Assembly (NCBI GenBank): GCA_051047955.1
Contig: JBPGPT010000019.1
Coordinates: forward strand, 124,001 to 188,000
DNA: 64,000 nt
DNA from: Cystobasidiomycetes sp. EMM_F5
Taxonomy: Eukaryota
Direction of reading: 5' to 3'
Of this stretch, positions 13,049-26,211 are shown in pieces. Every line of letters starts with the position of its first letter. The stretch's first letter is position 1. The notes under the pieces are model-generated. The model saw only the letters and a list, made by a program, of their open reading frames with translations, searched no databases and had not been told where the DNA came from. The position numbers were made by a program, and so were the translations under genes.

Positions 13049-15736
13049 ATGGCTAGCGAAAGCCATCACAACCACGGTGCTGCCGTCAGAGCACTCGAGA
13101 CTGCCCTCGAGAGCGAAACGGGCGTAGTCGGACTCCAGCCAGCGCCGATAGTGACGGATTCCGATGCGACTGCTCTCAATTCTCCAGCAGCGAGCGAGCA
13201 CGGCAAGGACAGTACTCTGCACACTCAATCAGATGAAAATGGGCAGCCGCTTCAAGAGAAATCCGTCAGCGATGCAGAGAAGCTCCACGATGTCGAGCTG
13301 GGCGGCACAGACCAAAAGGCCGCTAGCAATGGTCAGGATATGTCAAAGATCCTGACAGGTCGTGAGTACCGATTCTTATTCATTTCTCATGACACCTTGC
13401 TCATCCTTGTTGCAGGGAAACTCGCTATCGTCTTTGCCGGCATGTTACTTTCGGTCTTTCTAAGTAAGTGGAGAGACGAAAAACGTGAGCGGTACTGCAA
13501 GTATAGGCCTAACATGCTTTACAACGTTTCAGTCGCATTGGATCAAACGATTCTCGCTCCTGCTCTCCCCGTTATCGCCTCGCGCTTTAATGCGCTCGAG
13601 CAGATCGCCTGGATCGCATCGGCCTACTTTCTCACACAATGCGCTTTCCTGCTTCTCTACGGTCAAGCATTGACAGTATTCGACCGAAAGGTAAGCGTGC
13701 GCGCTTGCTACGCATGTCCTCAATCTAAAAATTGGTACCTATCTCAGTGGACCTTCATGTCAGCCATCACCCTCTTCGAGATTGGCTCGCTCTTCTGCGC
13801 TGTGGCTCCGACTGTCGAGTTCCTAATCTTTGGTCGCGGTATGTTTTCTTTTATTAAATATCCCTAACTCCATAATACGGACTGAGTGGATTGCGTTCCA
13901 AGCGTTTGCTGGATGCGGCGCAGGCGGTATTTTCACATCTGTCCTTGCTATCATTGCAGATGTGACTTTGCTAGAAGACCGTCCGAAGCTGCTCGGCCTG
14001 TTTGGCGCCGTCTTCGTACGTGCTCATGTCGAAAATTTTGTCGGCGAAAAATTCGACTGAGCGGCTCGCTTTCCAGGCAATCTCCTCAGTCGTTGGTCCA
14101 CTACTTGGCGGCGCGTTTACTGATCATGTTTCCTGGCGGTGAGCGTCCCATCTGAGTTATATCGGGCGAGGCTGAACTTCATTTTCGATCAGATGGTGTT
14201 TCTACATTGTAAGGCGATAACACAGGCGCAGAGCAACGCTGATAGTGTTGTTACAGAACCTGCCCATCGGTGCTATCACCATCGTCGTTCTGCTCTTCAT
14301 TCTTGGCCCGCAACCGGTTCCGCCTCTGGATTCGGAAGTCATCGAGTACACCCGGCGCAAGTTCAATCGGTGGTTTTTCGGCAAATGGCAACCACGAGAG
14401 ACATCTGTGTTCTTCAAATTTGGTGTACTCGACTGGACGGGCGGTGTGCTGTTGATAGCGACCATTACTTGCTTGGGTAGGTTGGCATCGTGTCAATTCT
14501 GGATGTAATCTGATAGTAGTAGGACAGTTCTGCCGTTACAATGGGGAGGGAACGAGTACGCTTGGTCAGATGCAATTGTCATCGGAGTATTCTGTGCTTT
14601 TGGCGGGCTTGCTCTGCTCTTCGGGCTATACGAATGGAAATTCGCGGGCAAGACCAACCTTCTTCCTTTACGGTATTTTAAGCGCCGGACACAGATTGGT
14701 GCTTGCATTGCGTCGTTCTTCCTCATGTTCTGTATGCTGTTGGCTATTTACTATCTTCCCATCTGGTTAGTATTCGTACATACCTACCGTGATGAAAGGC
14801 TGATACCGTCTGACAGGTATGAGGCCACAGCCGGCAGATCAGCAACAAAGGCTGGATTGGTAAGATAACAGATTGGCTCTCAGATGTAGTTTAAGGGAAC
14901 TCGCTGCTAAATCTGCTGTCGCAACCTACAGGACATCTTGCCCCTCATGATTACCATCACTATCGCAGCCGGCGTCTCAGGCGGGTTCGTCAGCTACACC
15001 GGGCGATACTGGTACGTCCTGGTCGTTGGTCCCTTGATCCTGTCGATTGGTTCTGGCCTCATGTTTGGCCTGATGCCGTACGATTCACCGAGTTCGAAAC
15101 TAATCGGCTTTCAGATTTTGTATGCAATCGGCCTCGGGTACGTCTCTGCACGCCCTTTGATAATACAGACCGTCTAAGAAAGCCATCATGTCCACTCCCT
15201 GGCTGTCTGCCTGCAGGATCGCGCTGCAACAAGGAATCATCGCTGTTCAGGCCGATTGCGAGAGCCCCGACGATGTAGCTCAGCGAACGGCGCTGCTCAC
15301 CTTCTGCCAGTTGATTGGTGGGACGATTGTTAGTTACTTCCCTTTTCCTTCCTTTCTTCTATTACTGATCTCGCAACCGTATCAAATATCGCAGGGCATC
15401 AGCATCGCTAATACGAGTAAGTCCAGACGTTGCAATTGATGCTATGGCTTTGTGCTAAACTTCATTTACGTGTCAACCATTGCAGTCTTCACCAACAAGC
15501 TGTCATCGACCCTGGCCATCTTGGCCCCCAACGCACCGGTCATCGTGCAGCGATCCGTAGAAGCTATCAAGACTCTTCCTCTTGCGGACCAGCCCGGAGT
15601 GATCCAAAGCTACGCCAAGGCGCTCAACTACGTATTCATAGTCGGCATTCCAAGCGGCATATTGGCAGCATGTGGTGGTGCTCTATGCCGCAACATCAAC
15701 ATCAAGGACAAGAAGATGCAGCCTGGTGGCCATTGA
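13049..15736 (+). CDS. MFS drug:H+ antiporter (DHA2, 14-TM type)
   Basis: Motifs ALDQTILAPALPVIASRF, WIASAYFLT, FEIGSLFCAVA, LIFGRAFAGCG, VVGPLLGGAFTDHVSWRW and NLPIG across many exons. Confidence 0.92.
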
Positions 15737-16035
15737 GGTGTTGAAATGGTATTCGGGCGTCGAGCGGGCCGTCGCGTCCCGCTACATCGCAATATTCTAG
15801 AAGGTAGTGCTACGTGACTCGCCTAAGGACGGCTTGTAATTGTTTGGTAGGCCCTAAGGTTTGATTCCACACACTCGCTACACCTCACATTCGTTACGCT
15901 ACTGCTACTGCTGCAACAATATATAATTTCGGATGCGTTGCTTTGGCTTTATATGTTACGCCAAACCAGACCTCAGCACTTTTGCATGACTATTTGCGGA
16001 TACCAAGCTAACAACTATTGAGAGTAACAATTCAT

Positions 16036-17290
16036 TTACAAACCGCGTCCTGCGGCTATGAGACGCTGCCGTTCTTCCGAGACTGACCTACTGGACTCGC
16101 TTGATGAATCGCTGGAAAGGCGAAGCTCGCGAGATGCCCACAGTACAGCAATGGCAGCGCTCGGACCTGCTACTACTGATCCAGCAACTACCTTGACAAC
16201 CGCTGCGATTCTTGATTTGAAAGAGACTTCGGGGAGATGCGTGATGACCCAGCTAGCGAGAGCGGCGCTGCATATGATGAAGTCGGCTGCACACATTCTA
16301 TGCAGAATTCCGACAATATCATCCCCCCCATGAAACGCAAAGATTGATGATAACGGCAGATTTGACCCGAGGAGCTGTACGTGACCGGTGATTGATGCCA
16401 GGATCGCTGCTGCAGCGACGATCAGGATAGGAAGTGAAGGTATCGAAAACAACGAATTATTCGGAGAGATCAGGTTTCGGAAGACGGGAGGAAGAAACCA
16501 GCTAGTCCCCATTAACAGAAGGGGATATGCCATTGTTAAACTGATGGAAGTGTTATTCCAGCCAGTCCGCTGGGCGTATATCAAAGGCAAGACAAAGCAC
16601 CCGAGTATGCTGCTAGCGACTGTCCAGATATGCTCCGTTGGGGGTCGAGAACTTGTAACATCTTGCTGGCCTTTACCAGCGTCAGAGCGCAAACACAGTC
16701 TCAGGAAGTAGGCAGGTAGGGCCACAGCTCCGGTTGCAACCTGCGCGACCAACAGGACGACAGGACCCGCATTGTAACTAGACTTTCTGGCTGTCGTGCT
16801 GTCGCATTTGCTATGTCTTGCGCCCTCGTAGAGTGTGATGGCAGAAAACAGAACCCCAAGTCTTACTAACTGGCTGGCCAGCAAGCTTGCTGAAGCATCC
16901 CTTGACACTGCTCGCACTGCAGAATAGATCGTGCATACGGTCGATGCGATTCTCATGGGCATCAAGCGCTGGAAGGGCTGCAGTTCCCGTGAGCCGCTCG
17001 TAAAGCACTGAGGAAATTGATTGGGTATCGGTGGCCCTTGAGCAGAGTCGATGACTTAGCAATGATGTTAACTTCCAGCGGTTCTCTCGTCGTTTCTGGG
17101 ATCCAACCTACTGAGTTTTGTCATAACCGCGCCCGCTAAAGCTGTTAACGATGCAAACCATATTGTTTGCCATTTGTTGGGAGAGACGTCAAGGTTTGCT
17201 TTCTGTAGGTATGAGAGAGCTTAGTCGCAGTATAAGTGATTCGCGAATGATGCTGGTGCGTACAGTCCTTTTCAACCATGTCAGCAGCAT
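16036..17290 (-). CDS. Multi-pass membrane protein, resembles the fungal AtmA/CtvD-like family
   Basis: Proposed model MLLTWLKRT|KANLDVSPNKWQTIWFASLTALAGAVMTKL|...; long last exon with several hydrophobic helices and C-terminal VVAGPSAAIAVLWASRE (GPxA-x5-W-x2-RE). Family assignment is from recalled motif only. Confidence 0.55.
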
Positions 17291-17595
17291 GGCAGATCCT
17301 CAGTGCACGTGGTACGGCCACCTCGTTAGTGGGCTGGGAGTGATCTTCTGTCAGCCTTAGTAACTGTGTCGAAAGAAAATAGCCGCGGACGGTCGATGTC
17401 TGGCTGCTCAAGCACAGAAGATCCGCCATGTGGGTGCAGATACTATGTTTGCCACTCCAGATGCCATCAAACAGCTACGGATAGCCAGGCTCCCAAATCT
17501 CTCAGACTTCAACGTGGCTTGCAAACTATTGTGTCGGAGTCCTACTTTCGTAATATTATATACAATGTCATGTCGTCTCGTAGTATGCTTGGCAA

Positions 17596-19021
17596 CTACT
17601 TCTTCCAGTCAATGAGACCATCCTGTCCTATAACCTGCTTGACAACTTCCTGACTGTTCTTCCAGAAGTTCTGAACAAGTTCCTGGTCGTCGGCCTGCTT
17701 CGTCTCCTTGCCCGGCTCTTTTGGGTCGGTAAAGTACGTTCCTTGCGGGTAGTCTGCAGCCTCAGGTGCAACACTTGCCCACAGAATCGATAGCGAGCCG
17801 TGCTCCGGTGACCTAGCAATGGGCTTCGTGGCAGCTTGAAGCGCTGTGCCGATAACTCCCCCGAAAGCAGAGGGCAACTGGTCTTGCTGACCTGTGGCAA
17901 CGGCACCTGGATGAGTCGAAAAGACTTTGATCTTGTCACCGTTTGGGTCGAGCACATTTTGAGCGAGAGCCTTGTCGAACAGGATGACGCCTAACTTGCT
18001 ACGATTGTAGAGACTGGCTGAGCCTGCGGAGAGAGCATCGTTAGGATCACAACTTCCCCGGAAATGGTTCCCTTCTACTCACCAACATCCTGCTTGAATT
18101 CCTCAATGGAGGAAAATTTGACATCTCTCATGGCCTCTGGCCTGTGCAGCTCGGAGCTTTGCCCGACAATTCTGACAGAGCCCACTGGGGCCTTGTCTGA
18201 TGTCTTGCGCATCAGAGGCAAAAGCTGGTTGATGAGCACAACGTGTGCCAGGTTGTTGATCTATCGAGAATTATCAGCTAGGGCTCCGCAGACAAGTAGT
18301 GTACTGACTGTTAGGTGGCGGTCGAAGCCATCGTTGGTCAGGGTGAAATGATTGACACCAATGCCAGCATTACAGATAAGCTACGATGCGGATGGAAGAG
18401 GCTGTCAGCGACCGGAACAGCAATTATCGGGCCAATCACGTACCACATCGAGTCTGTCGAGCTCACTTGCAAGCGACTTGGACAGAGCATGTACGGCTTT
18501 CAGGTCTTCGAACTCAATTGGCTTCCACGTGGCATTGGATGCCTTTGATGGGTCCTTGAGACCTGTCACCTGAGAACCATGCAACATTGTCTCCTTTTCT
18601 GTCATTGCCTTTTTTGCGTCAGGAATGGTGGTCGTTTGTCCAGTGATGATGACCTTTGCACTAAACTCCCTTTCAGCCTGGTGTGCCGGAAGGCTAAGTA
18701 GAAACTACCGACTTGTGGTCTAGCAAAGCTTTGGCGACTTCAAAGCCGATTCCAGCGGAACCTCCGGTAACGACAATGACCTGCAGATAAATGTGAGCCT
18801 AGCCCAGTCTCTGTTATCGAATTAGAACTGACTTTATCAGTGAGATCGGGAACATCATCGTGAGCATATCCCCAGTCGCCGAGAGCGAGCTTTGATATAG
18901 CTCCAGTCATTTTGATGGGTGTATATGAGAACTGACGGCAGGAAGCTGGTGTTGTTTGACGATATAGCGATCTGAGGGTCTGCGGTGTACGGCAAGCGTT
19001 GAGTGCTCGTCCTACTATCAT
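17596..19021 (-). CDS. Short-chain dehydrogenase/reductase (retinol dehydrogenase-like)
   Basis: PDLTDK|VIVVTGGSAGIG (TGxxxGxG), NAGIG, YNRSK (YxxxK) and HPGAVAT motifs. In-frame ATGs at 19021 and 18910. Confidence 0.9.
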
Positions 19022-19310
19022 TTTAGAAGAAAGCCAAGGCGGAATTGTCGTTTATAGATGATGTTCACTTCGAAAAGGTCGCCGTCATTGTCAGTCCAGA
19101 TGCTACCCTGAATTGCCACTCGATCGAGGCGATCCCTTGAACGCGTTGAACGTGACGCGAAAAGCGCGTAAACAAGCAAAATCGCAAGCTGTAGGGACAT
19201 CATCAGAGTAGTTGATTAGTGGACGCTTCGTTAGGTAGCGCGGCGAATAGATATGTAGGAAAAGGCAAGCAGAACGGTATGCCGATTACTCCGTTTGCCA
19301 ATGGCAGCAC

Positions 19311-20827
19311 CTAGAATTCCACAACACCGCGTTTGTTGACAGACATCCAGGCTTCCAGGCTGCGCCAGAACTCGGCTACCGTGCTCTTGTCGATATGTCG
19401 CTTGACCGGGTCTATTCGCATCTCGCTGACGTTCCAGCTTGCAACTTTTGGATTCGGCACTTCGTTGGCCCATCGAGGGTAGATACCTTTGACTATTAAA
19501 GCATGTCAGTTCCCGCTCAAATCTAGTAGATCGTACCGACTGACCATGCGCAAACAACTCTTTCGGCTCGGTCCACTTATATGGCCTGAATTGCCATTCC
19601 TGCCCAGTCGTCATTACACAAACGACACGGTCCCTGAATTGTCGCAAAAGACGGGTCAACCCAGTATACTCGGTCCCGAGCGATGTCCACCCACCATGCG
19701 TCATCTCCAAAACGACTCAATGCATCTACTCCATCTACGACCCAATATCTTGCAAGCTTCTCACCCATTGCGGCCCGCTCAGCATTCTGTTGACCACTTA
19801 GACCGTGCAAGGCTGCATTCAGCGCAGCATCTGCAGCCAAAGCTCCAATCTGCCGTCGATGACTAATCTGTAAAGCATCGTCTGCTATCCGCCCTGCTTG
19901 CGCGCGAGCGACATCCGAGGGTTCAAAGACGGCGTCTTCGAGGAAGCGTTTGACATTATACATTGTGATTAAAGCGGAAGAAGAGGGAGAGATGACGATG
20001 ATAGGGGTGATTTGTTTGCGCTTTCTCTGTTGTGCAGCGAGAGGCTGGACTGCCGCGGCCGCTGATCCACCTGTAGGAGCGGATCGTAATTCGTCGCGAC
20101 CTTGCTTTAGCCCCTCTGCGACGAGTTCCCGTACGGACGCAAAGTTTCCTGTCTTTGTGCCGTTTCCTCGAAGGACTGTAGTGCGGTCCGAAAGTTGACG
20201 GACTTCGTACAGCGATACTATGCGCTTGTAGGCTTCGAGGTCCTCCTTGTTTACCACATACCTCGCTTTCTTTGCGGGGCGTGCTCCATCTGCTGCAAGA
20301 TTCGTTGCTGCAACGGCACCTACACCTGCTGCTGCTCCGCTTTGCGTTTCTGCCAAAGTTGCCTCTACGCTGACATCGGTTCCTGGTCTGAGAGCTGATG
20401 CTTCAGGGATAATGTAGGCTGCAGCTGCAGTTGAGGCACCTTCCCTTCCGTCCAAGTAGTCATTCACAATCCGTCGTTCCATGACACCTACGAGGGCGAC
20501 TCCCTCACGAATAGCTTCTGGAGCATATTCGCCCACACCTTTATCTTTGCGCAGGTAGCACAGCAGCAAGGCCTGCAGATCCCACGTGTCATCGTTGCTC
20601 GACGTTGGCAAGCGCTTGAAGCGTGTTGAAGTAGTTTTAGGTAGGATCAGACGGCCTTTGCTCTCTGATCCGGTAGGTGGAGGGAATGAGAAGTGGGAGC
20701 ATTCTTGAAGAGTGTAGACGCGAGGGCTACTCTGCTCAGCGCCATTGAGCATATGGATCTCTACGCCGCGGGTCTGCAATGTCGACCGTAGCAGGCGTAG
20801 CGGGTCCAGCGAAGTAGCGGAAGCCAT
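19311..20827 (-). CDS. CDC73: Paf1 complex subunit Cdc73
   Basis: N-terminal DPLRLLR; C-terminal domain PIIVISPSSSALITMYNVKRFLED, DRVVCVMTTGQEWQFRPYKW and RHIDKSTVAEFWRSLEAWM. Confidence 0.93.
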
Positions 20828-21012
20828 GTCGGCGGTGTACAGCCCTAGCTGGAGTATATGAGAAGTGCAGGGCGGTCAATATTAGCAATACATGTGTTAA
20901 TGAAATGGCAACCTCTTTCAATGAACGATCGGACAAGAGGCAGCCAGCTCAAGACGAGACTGAGCTCTTTGGTTGAGAACAACCGTCATCTACCCATAAA
21001 TCTGCCACCAAC

Positions 21013-21372
21013 ATGGCGACGATAATCCGCCGTCTACCATACTTCTCGCGGTCAATATCCACAGCTTCCAGGACTCCAACGCCAGCACCTCCGAAAGAGC
21101 TGTTCAAGGTGCAACTGATGCGGTCCAGCATAGCGCTCGAACCCAGAGTACGGAGAACAGTCAGCAGTCTGGGCTTCAAGCGGCGGATGGACATCGTCTA
21201 CTGCAAGGCAAACGCCATTAACGTCGGGAAAATACTCAAAATCAAAGAATTGGTCAAGGTCGAGACGGTGTCCAAGGAGCAGATGCTGCGAGAGACTGCG
21301 CCCGTGGTTAGATCCGCAATGAGCGGCTACACTGTTATCGACAACGCGCTGCGAGAACGAAGATTGCATTGA
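21013..21372 (+). CDS. Mitochondrial ribosomal protein uL30m (yeast Mrpl33-like)
   Basis: Arg/Ser-rich presequence followed by FKVQLMRSSIAL...TVSSLGFKRRMDIVY...GKILKIKELVKVE, the L30 fold signature. Confidence 0.88.
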   Translation: MATIIRRLPYFSRSISTASRTPTPAPPKELFKVQLMRSSIALEPRVRRTVSSLGFKRRMDIVYCKANAINVGKILKIKELVKVETVSKEQMLRETAPVVRSAMSGYTVIDNALRERRLH

Positions 21373-21552
21373 TGGTAGGGTAGTCCCCTCTTACTATAAC
21401 ATAATATCTGCTGACCGCAGGGCATTGCGCGTTGATTTCATCGTATAGAAGCCCCCACATGCATTAAAGTTAGGATAGAAACTACTTCTCCTGCCCGGAA
21501 ATAAGCATTAATCCGCACAAGCCGCCTGCCCCATCCAAATGAAGGCAATCGC

Positions 21553-22473
21553 TCAAGGACCAGCCTGAGCTTCCAGCATCACGCTACGCAGCGACTTTTC
21601 CAACTCTGGCCGCACCAACCTGCCCTCGTCGTCAAAGAAGGTGTTGAAGGGCAGCTTGATCTCCTTCTTGAACTGCCGCAGCAGACTCTTTCCTCCGTTT
21701 GTGAGATGACGATGGGATACGGTCATGCGATAGACTGGGTCGTATGGGAGACAGTTGGAGCGTATTTCGATGGACTGCTTTTCAATCTGCAGTACATCAG
21801 GTGCAGACGGGTTGGTAAGATTTAGGTCAAGTTAGGCACAGGCGCCATTGTAGGATTAGGTAGAAGCGCGGCAATTGTCAACTCTAGCTTACACTTCCGT
21901 GTAAGATCTAGACATACCCTGCTAGTTGCAAAGATTTTGCGAGATCCTTGAAAGACGATATTCTGTTCGACGTATTTTTGCCAGACAGCCAGAAACGCGC
22001 TGAGTCCAGTAAAGACGACAACGGCAAGGAGGACCCAGCTCCTCGATTCTTGGTAACCGATTTTGTATGCGTAGCCCGACGCGCCGAGAGCTATAATTGA
22101 AGCTGTCCAGCCGACACCGAGCTTGACGTCTGTGTGGATGTGTGATTGATTGTATGTCGATGAGAAGAACTGCGCGGATGGATAATGAATAAGACAGGTC
22201 CTTGCAGCGCGGAACCAGGTGAATGCCCACCTGCTTGACTGCATCATCCGTACCCGTCTTGAGTTCTGCCTGCGCCCATTTATTCACTTTGATCTCTGCG
22301 AGGTCTGCTGAAGGACTGAGAGTGAAAGTATCTTCATTCCTAGAAGTCTCGTCTGACGTCGACAGGCTGGTACTGTCGTTGATTACTTGATCCACGGAGC
22401 CAGATATCGGATCCGACGGCGCTTTGGCGCTGCTGGCAGTTTGCACGCCCACAGCCTTTGCCTTTCTTGCCAT
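21553..22473 (-). CDS. SPC2: Signal peptidase complex subunit 2 (SPC25 family)
   Basis: KVNKWAQAELKTGTDDAVKQ|...YNQSHIHTDVKLGVGW, two TM helices, and last exon ...FNTFFDDEGRLVRPELEKSL...GP*. Confidence 0.85.
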
Positions 22474-23073
22474 ATGCCTCGACGTATAAATCACCAGTCG
22501 TGGTTGCGGGAGTCCATCAAGTGACCGACGGGGTCAACAGGTGTATCGCAACTTTTCTCACCGTTGTGTTCACGACTTGGTGAGAACGCGACCAACGCGC
22601 ATCAACTTCGACGCTGCAAAACAAAACAACAATGGAATCACGTATGTACCGAGCCGTTGGTTGGCCCAACACAATTCGCAACGTCCAACGGCTGTCACGG
22701 CACGATAGCGACGACTTCCATCAATTCCGGCACCATCATACCAAGCCGTGTTCCGGAAGGCTCAAGACGCTTCACATACATTCCATTCAGCATGCACGAG
22801 TGCATCGTCCGGTCTTTGTTGTCGTTGTCGCGTTGTGTTTAGAGGATTTGCGATTCATTAAACACGTTGATTATTGCCAGTCTTTGAGCAACCCATTGCG
22901 TCCAGAAGCTGCACTCGCAACAACTGCGGCACAATGAACGTCGGGCAATGACTGCGCTGTGGATATCCAGCATCACCTCACCTCACCTGGGGCATAGCCT
23001 GCAAGCCATACACCCGTCGCGGTCAAAGACGCTCATATACGCCCACTGACGCGAAGCGAGCGAGTCCGTCAGC

Positions 23074-24003
23074 ATGGATCTGCTGGACGCTCCGCCGATA
23101 ACAAAGGCCGTGATGATGTGCGTATACTGTTGCGAGGCCGTCAAATTGGTTGCACTGGTCTGATGCGGTGACGTGCTGTTTTTCGATATTTACAGAGGCG
23201 CTGTCGCAACCAGCGTGGCAGTGGTGAGTGTGGAGCCCATGCTCGTATCCTATTGCTGATTGCTGTAGTTCTTGCCTCACTCTGCTAGCAATGCCACCTT
23301 CTCACGCCTTTTCAGCTGTTCTTTACATACAGGGCGACATTTGAGAACGGTCAGGTAGGCTCACTTTATCCCGTCAACGAGGTCATGTATTAATCTTCCG
23401 TCATCTGCTCCGTGCAATTTGCCAGCTATGGCGACTCGTCACAAACTTTCTCTACTTTGGTCCTCTCTCCCTCGACTTCTTCTTCCACATCTTCTTCTTG
23501 TGAGGTGGCTGCACACTGTCATCTACAAACGTCTCCATCTAACGATATTTTCTGTGATCATCAGCATGCGCTATTCCAAAATGCTCGAAGAGAACCAGTT
23601 TCACGGGCATAAAGCCGACTACGTCTGGCTTTTGCTCGTATCATGCACGCTCCTCCTCTTACTCTCCCCGCTGTCTCCCGCTCCTTTCCTATCTTCTCCT
23701 CTGTCATTCACACTCGTCTATCTCTGGTCCCGCCTCAACCCATCCGTACGACTATCCCTGTTTGGCGTAGTCACAATCACAGCACCTTACCTGCCATACG
23801 CTCTCGTCGTCTTTTCATGGGCTCTCAGCTCGTCGTGGTCGGCAGTCGTAGGTGATCTTCTCGGTATAGCAGTAGGTCACTTCTGGTACTTTTTCACGAG
23901 GATATGGAAGGAGGAGAGAGGGTCAGGCCGCAAGAACTGGTTGGCAACCCCTACCCTTCTCGTCCGGATATTGGATGGCAGAGACAGGGTGCACCAGGAT
24001 TAA
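23074..24003 (+). CDS. DER1: Derlin (ERAD component)
   Basis: MDLLDAPPITKA...|QCHLLTPFQLFF...GQ|LWRLVTNFLYFGPLSLDFFFHIFF|MRYSKMLEE...YLWSRLNP...APYLPY...DLLGIAVGHFWYF. Confidence 0.92.
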
Positions 24004-24380
24004 GAAAAGCAAAGGGGTAAAAGTTACGCAATGCGATTGCATGTACGAAAAGCGGCAGGGTAAAACAGAATGTAGTTTACACAGTACAAAACAACGGCAA
24101 CAAAAGGATCACTACATTGATGGTGCAACTGCATACGTATACTGTCAGTGAACGTCGGTCAATGCAGTGGGGCCAGTACGACCGGTCAATCCGAGCATCT
24201 CCCACTACCGCCTACTCAAGAATACGACAGATTGGGAAATGCGGACTGCTTTTAGACGTGACGATTGTATAGCGCCAAGCAAAAGCCAGCTACGCGGAAA
24301 GAAGACTAACAAACAGAAACGACTCCGATGTAGATGAAGTTCGAAAGGAGGAAAACACGCCCGAGCGACCATAGCGACGC

Positions 24381-26211
24381 CTACATGCCACCATATATGC
24401 TCTCGCGAACGGTATCCGAGTCTGGATGTCCATTCCTGACTGACAGGGTCCTCTTTCCACGTTCAGCCGGGTTCATGGTTGGGCCACTTCGGAGTTGATT
24501 CGAGTACTGCTGATTGTATTGCTGTGAAGGGGCAGGTACACCGCGATACGCATCAATCACATCATCCTGCTCGCGATCGTCTGCAAGTTGTCCGCGGGAC
24601 GGATACTGCGATTGACCCTGATATTGCTGGTTGTAGTCTGCAAAAGGCCCCTGACCATCGACATCAATCGAAGGAAGAGCAGAATGTCCATTTCCATTTC
24701 CGCCCAATCGAGCAGGCGAGTTTTGAGCAGAAGCAGAATAGCTGTCGTTTACTGCATGAAAGTATTGTTGGGGGTTTGTAAACTCCGGGGTGCCAGATCG
24801 TTGAGGCAATTCAGCTGGTGCTGAATGCCCTCCATTTCCACTTTGTTGATACCGGTCAGATGCATATCCCGGATGCATGGATTGCTCGGGCGAGATGGAT
24901 CGGTAATTGCTGCCATACTGCTGCATGACTGCGTCGGGGTACGAAGATGAACTATACCCGTTATTGCTCGGAGGGACACCCGCTCCCGCTGCAAAGCTAG
25001 GGTACGGACCAGACTGATTGGATTGACCGCCTGGGAAATACGAAGGTTGCGATACAATCTGACCTGGTTGGAAGGACGGCATGGGCGGTTGATTCATGTA
25101 CTGTTGCTGCTGCTGTTGATGTGCGAAATGGCGTTGAATCATGGTAGGAGGTCGAGGATTGACGGTATCTGATCTAGCTAGACCAGGCAGTGAAGAAGAG
25201 CCGGATGTAGGAGCTCGATTGAGTCCGTAGGCTCCTACTGCTCCTACACCTGCGCCAGCACCTGCGCCCATCATTGCCGGTGCAGCATTGGCATACATTC
25301 TATCTCCACCATGCCCAAGTTCCGACATCTGATGGGCCGAAGCAGCATCATCTTCATCCGCCAGCATCTGAGATTCGCGTCGCAAGTCCCCTCTACTTGC
25401 ACTCGATCCGTAGGCATTATCAATCGATCCGAATGGATTCGTACCGTCATAGTCGTTTGCATCGTCGTCTTTGTCCGTTCGGCACTTTGTTCGGAAAAAG
25501 TAGCCAATGATACCGGATAGCACTACTACGCCTACTAGTGCACCCGCTACTATTCCCACGACTGTTCCTGCCGAAGGACCGTCGGAGGATGCGCTCGACC
25601 CGTCTGCAGCCGAAGAGGCCAGTGCGCCGGCTGATGAAAGGGACACGGACGCAGTGACGAACTGAGTGACGAGTCCTCGAGTTGGAGTGGTGAGTATGCT
25701 CGGTGTTGTGGGTGTTGTGATGATTTGCACTGGAGTGGACGACGTTGGCGGGATGATGCTGGTGGATGAGGATGTTGTAGACGGCAAACGCGTGCTGGTG
25801 GAAGTGGCGACAATGAGGGTCGTCGATACAGACGGCGTGGAGACGGTGCTGGGCCTCAATATTGGGGTTGATGTTCGTTCAGAGGTACGAGTTGTGGGTG
25901 TAGCCGAGGTGGTAGGCGTCGTCTGTATCGTCGGGGACGGAGCTGAATGAAATCAAGTGGGTCAGTGCGACACACCACTACGACGAGCATACCCACGCAC
26001 ACGTCGTCGGACTAACTACTACAGGCGGAGATGAGGCTGTCGGGGTAATGACTGCAGTATTTGTATTGTCTGTCGCCCCTACGACAATTGGGGTGATTGC
26101 GGTCCGTTGTCGTTTTATCAAGTCGGGGTGGTCTACGACACCGTCATTCACCCCACCTCTCCTCTGCCGCAGGTGCTGGTGTCTGTGGTGTATGTTTTGC
26201 ATATTGTTCAT
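24381..26211 (-). CDS. Ser/Thr-rich single-pass membrane protein (Mid2/Wsc/mucin-like surface sensor architecture); 5' end uncertain
   Basis: KR dibasic site, long S/T/P-rich ectodomain, TM (GTVVGIVAGALVGVVVLSGIIGYFF), and a long Q/P/Y-rich cytosolic tail with RPPTMI ending YGGM. Confidence 0.75.
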
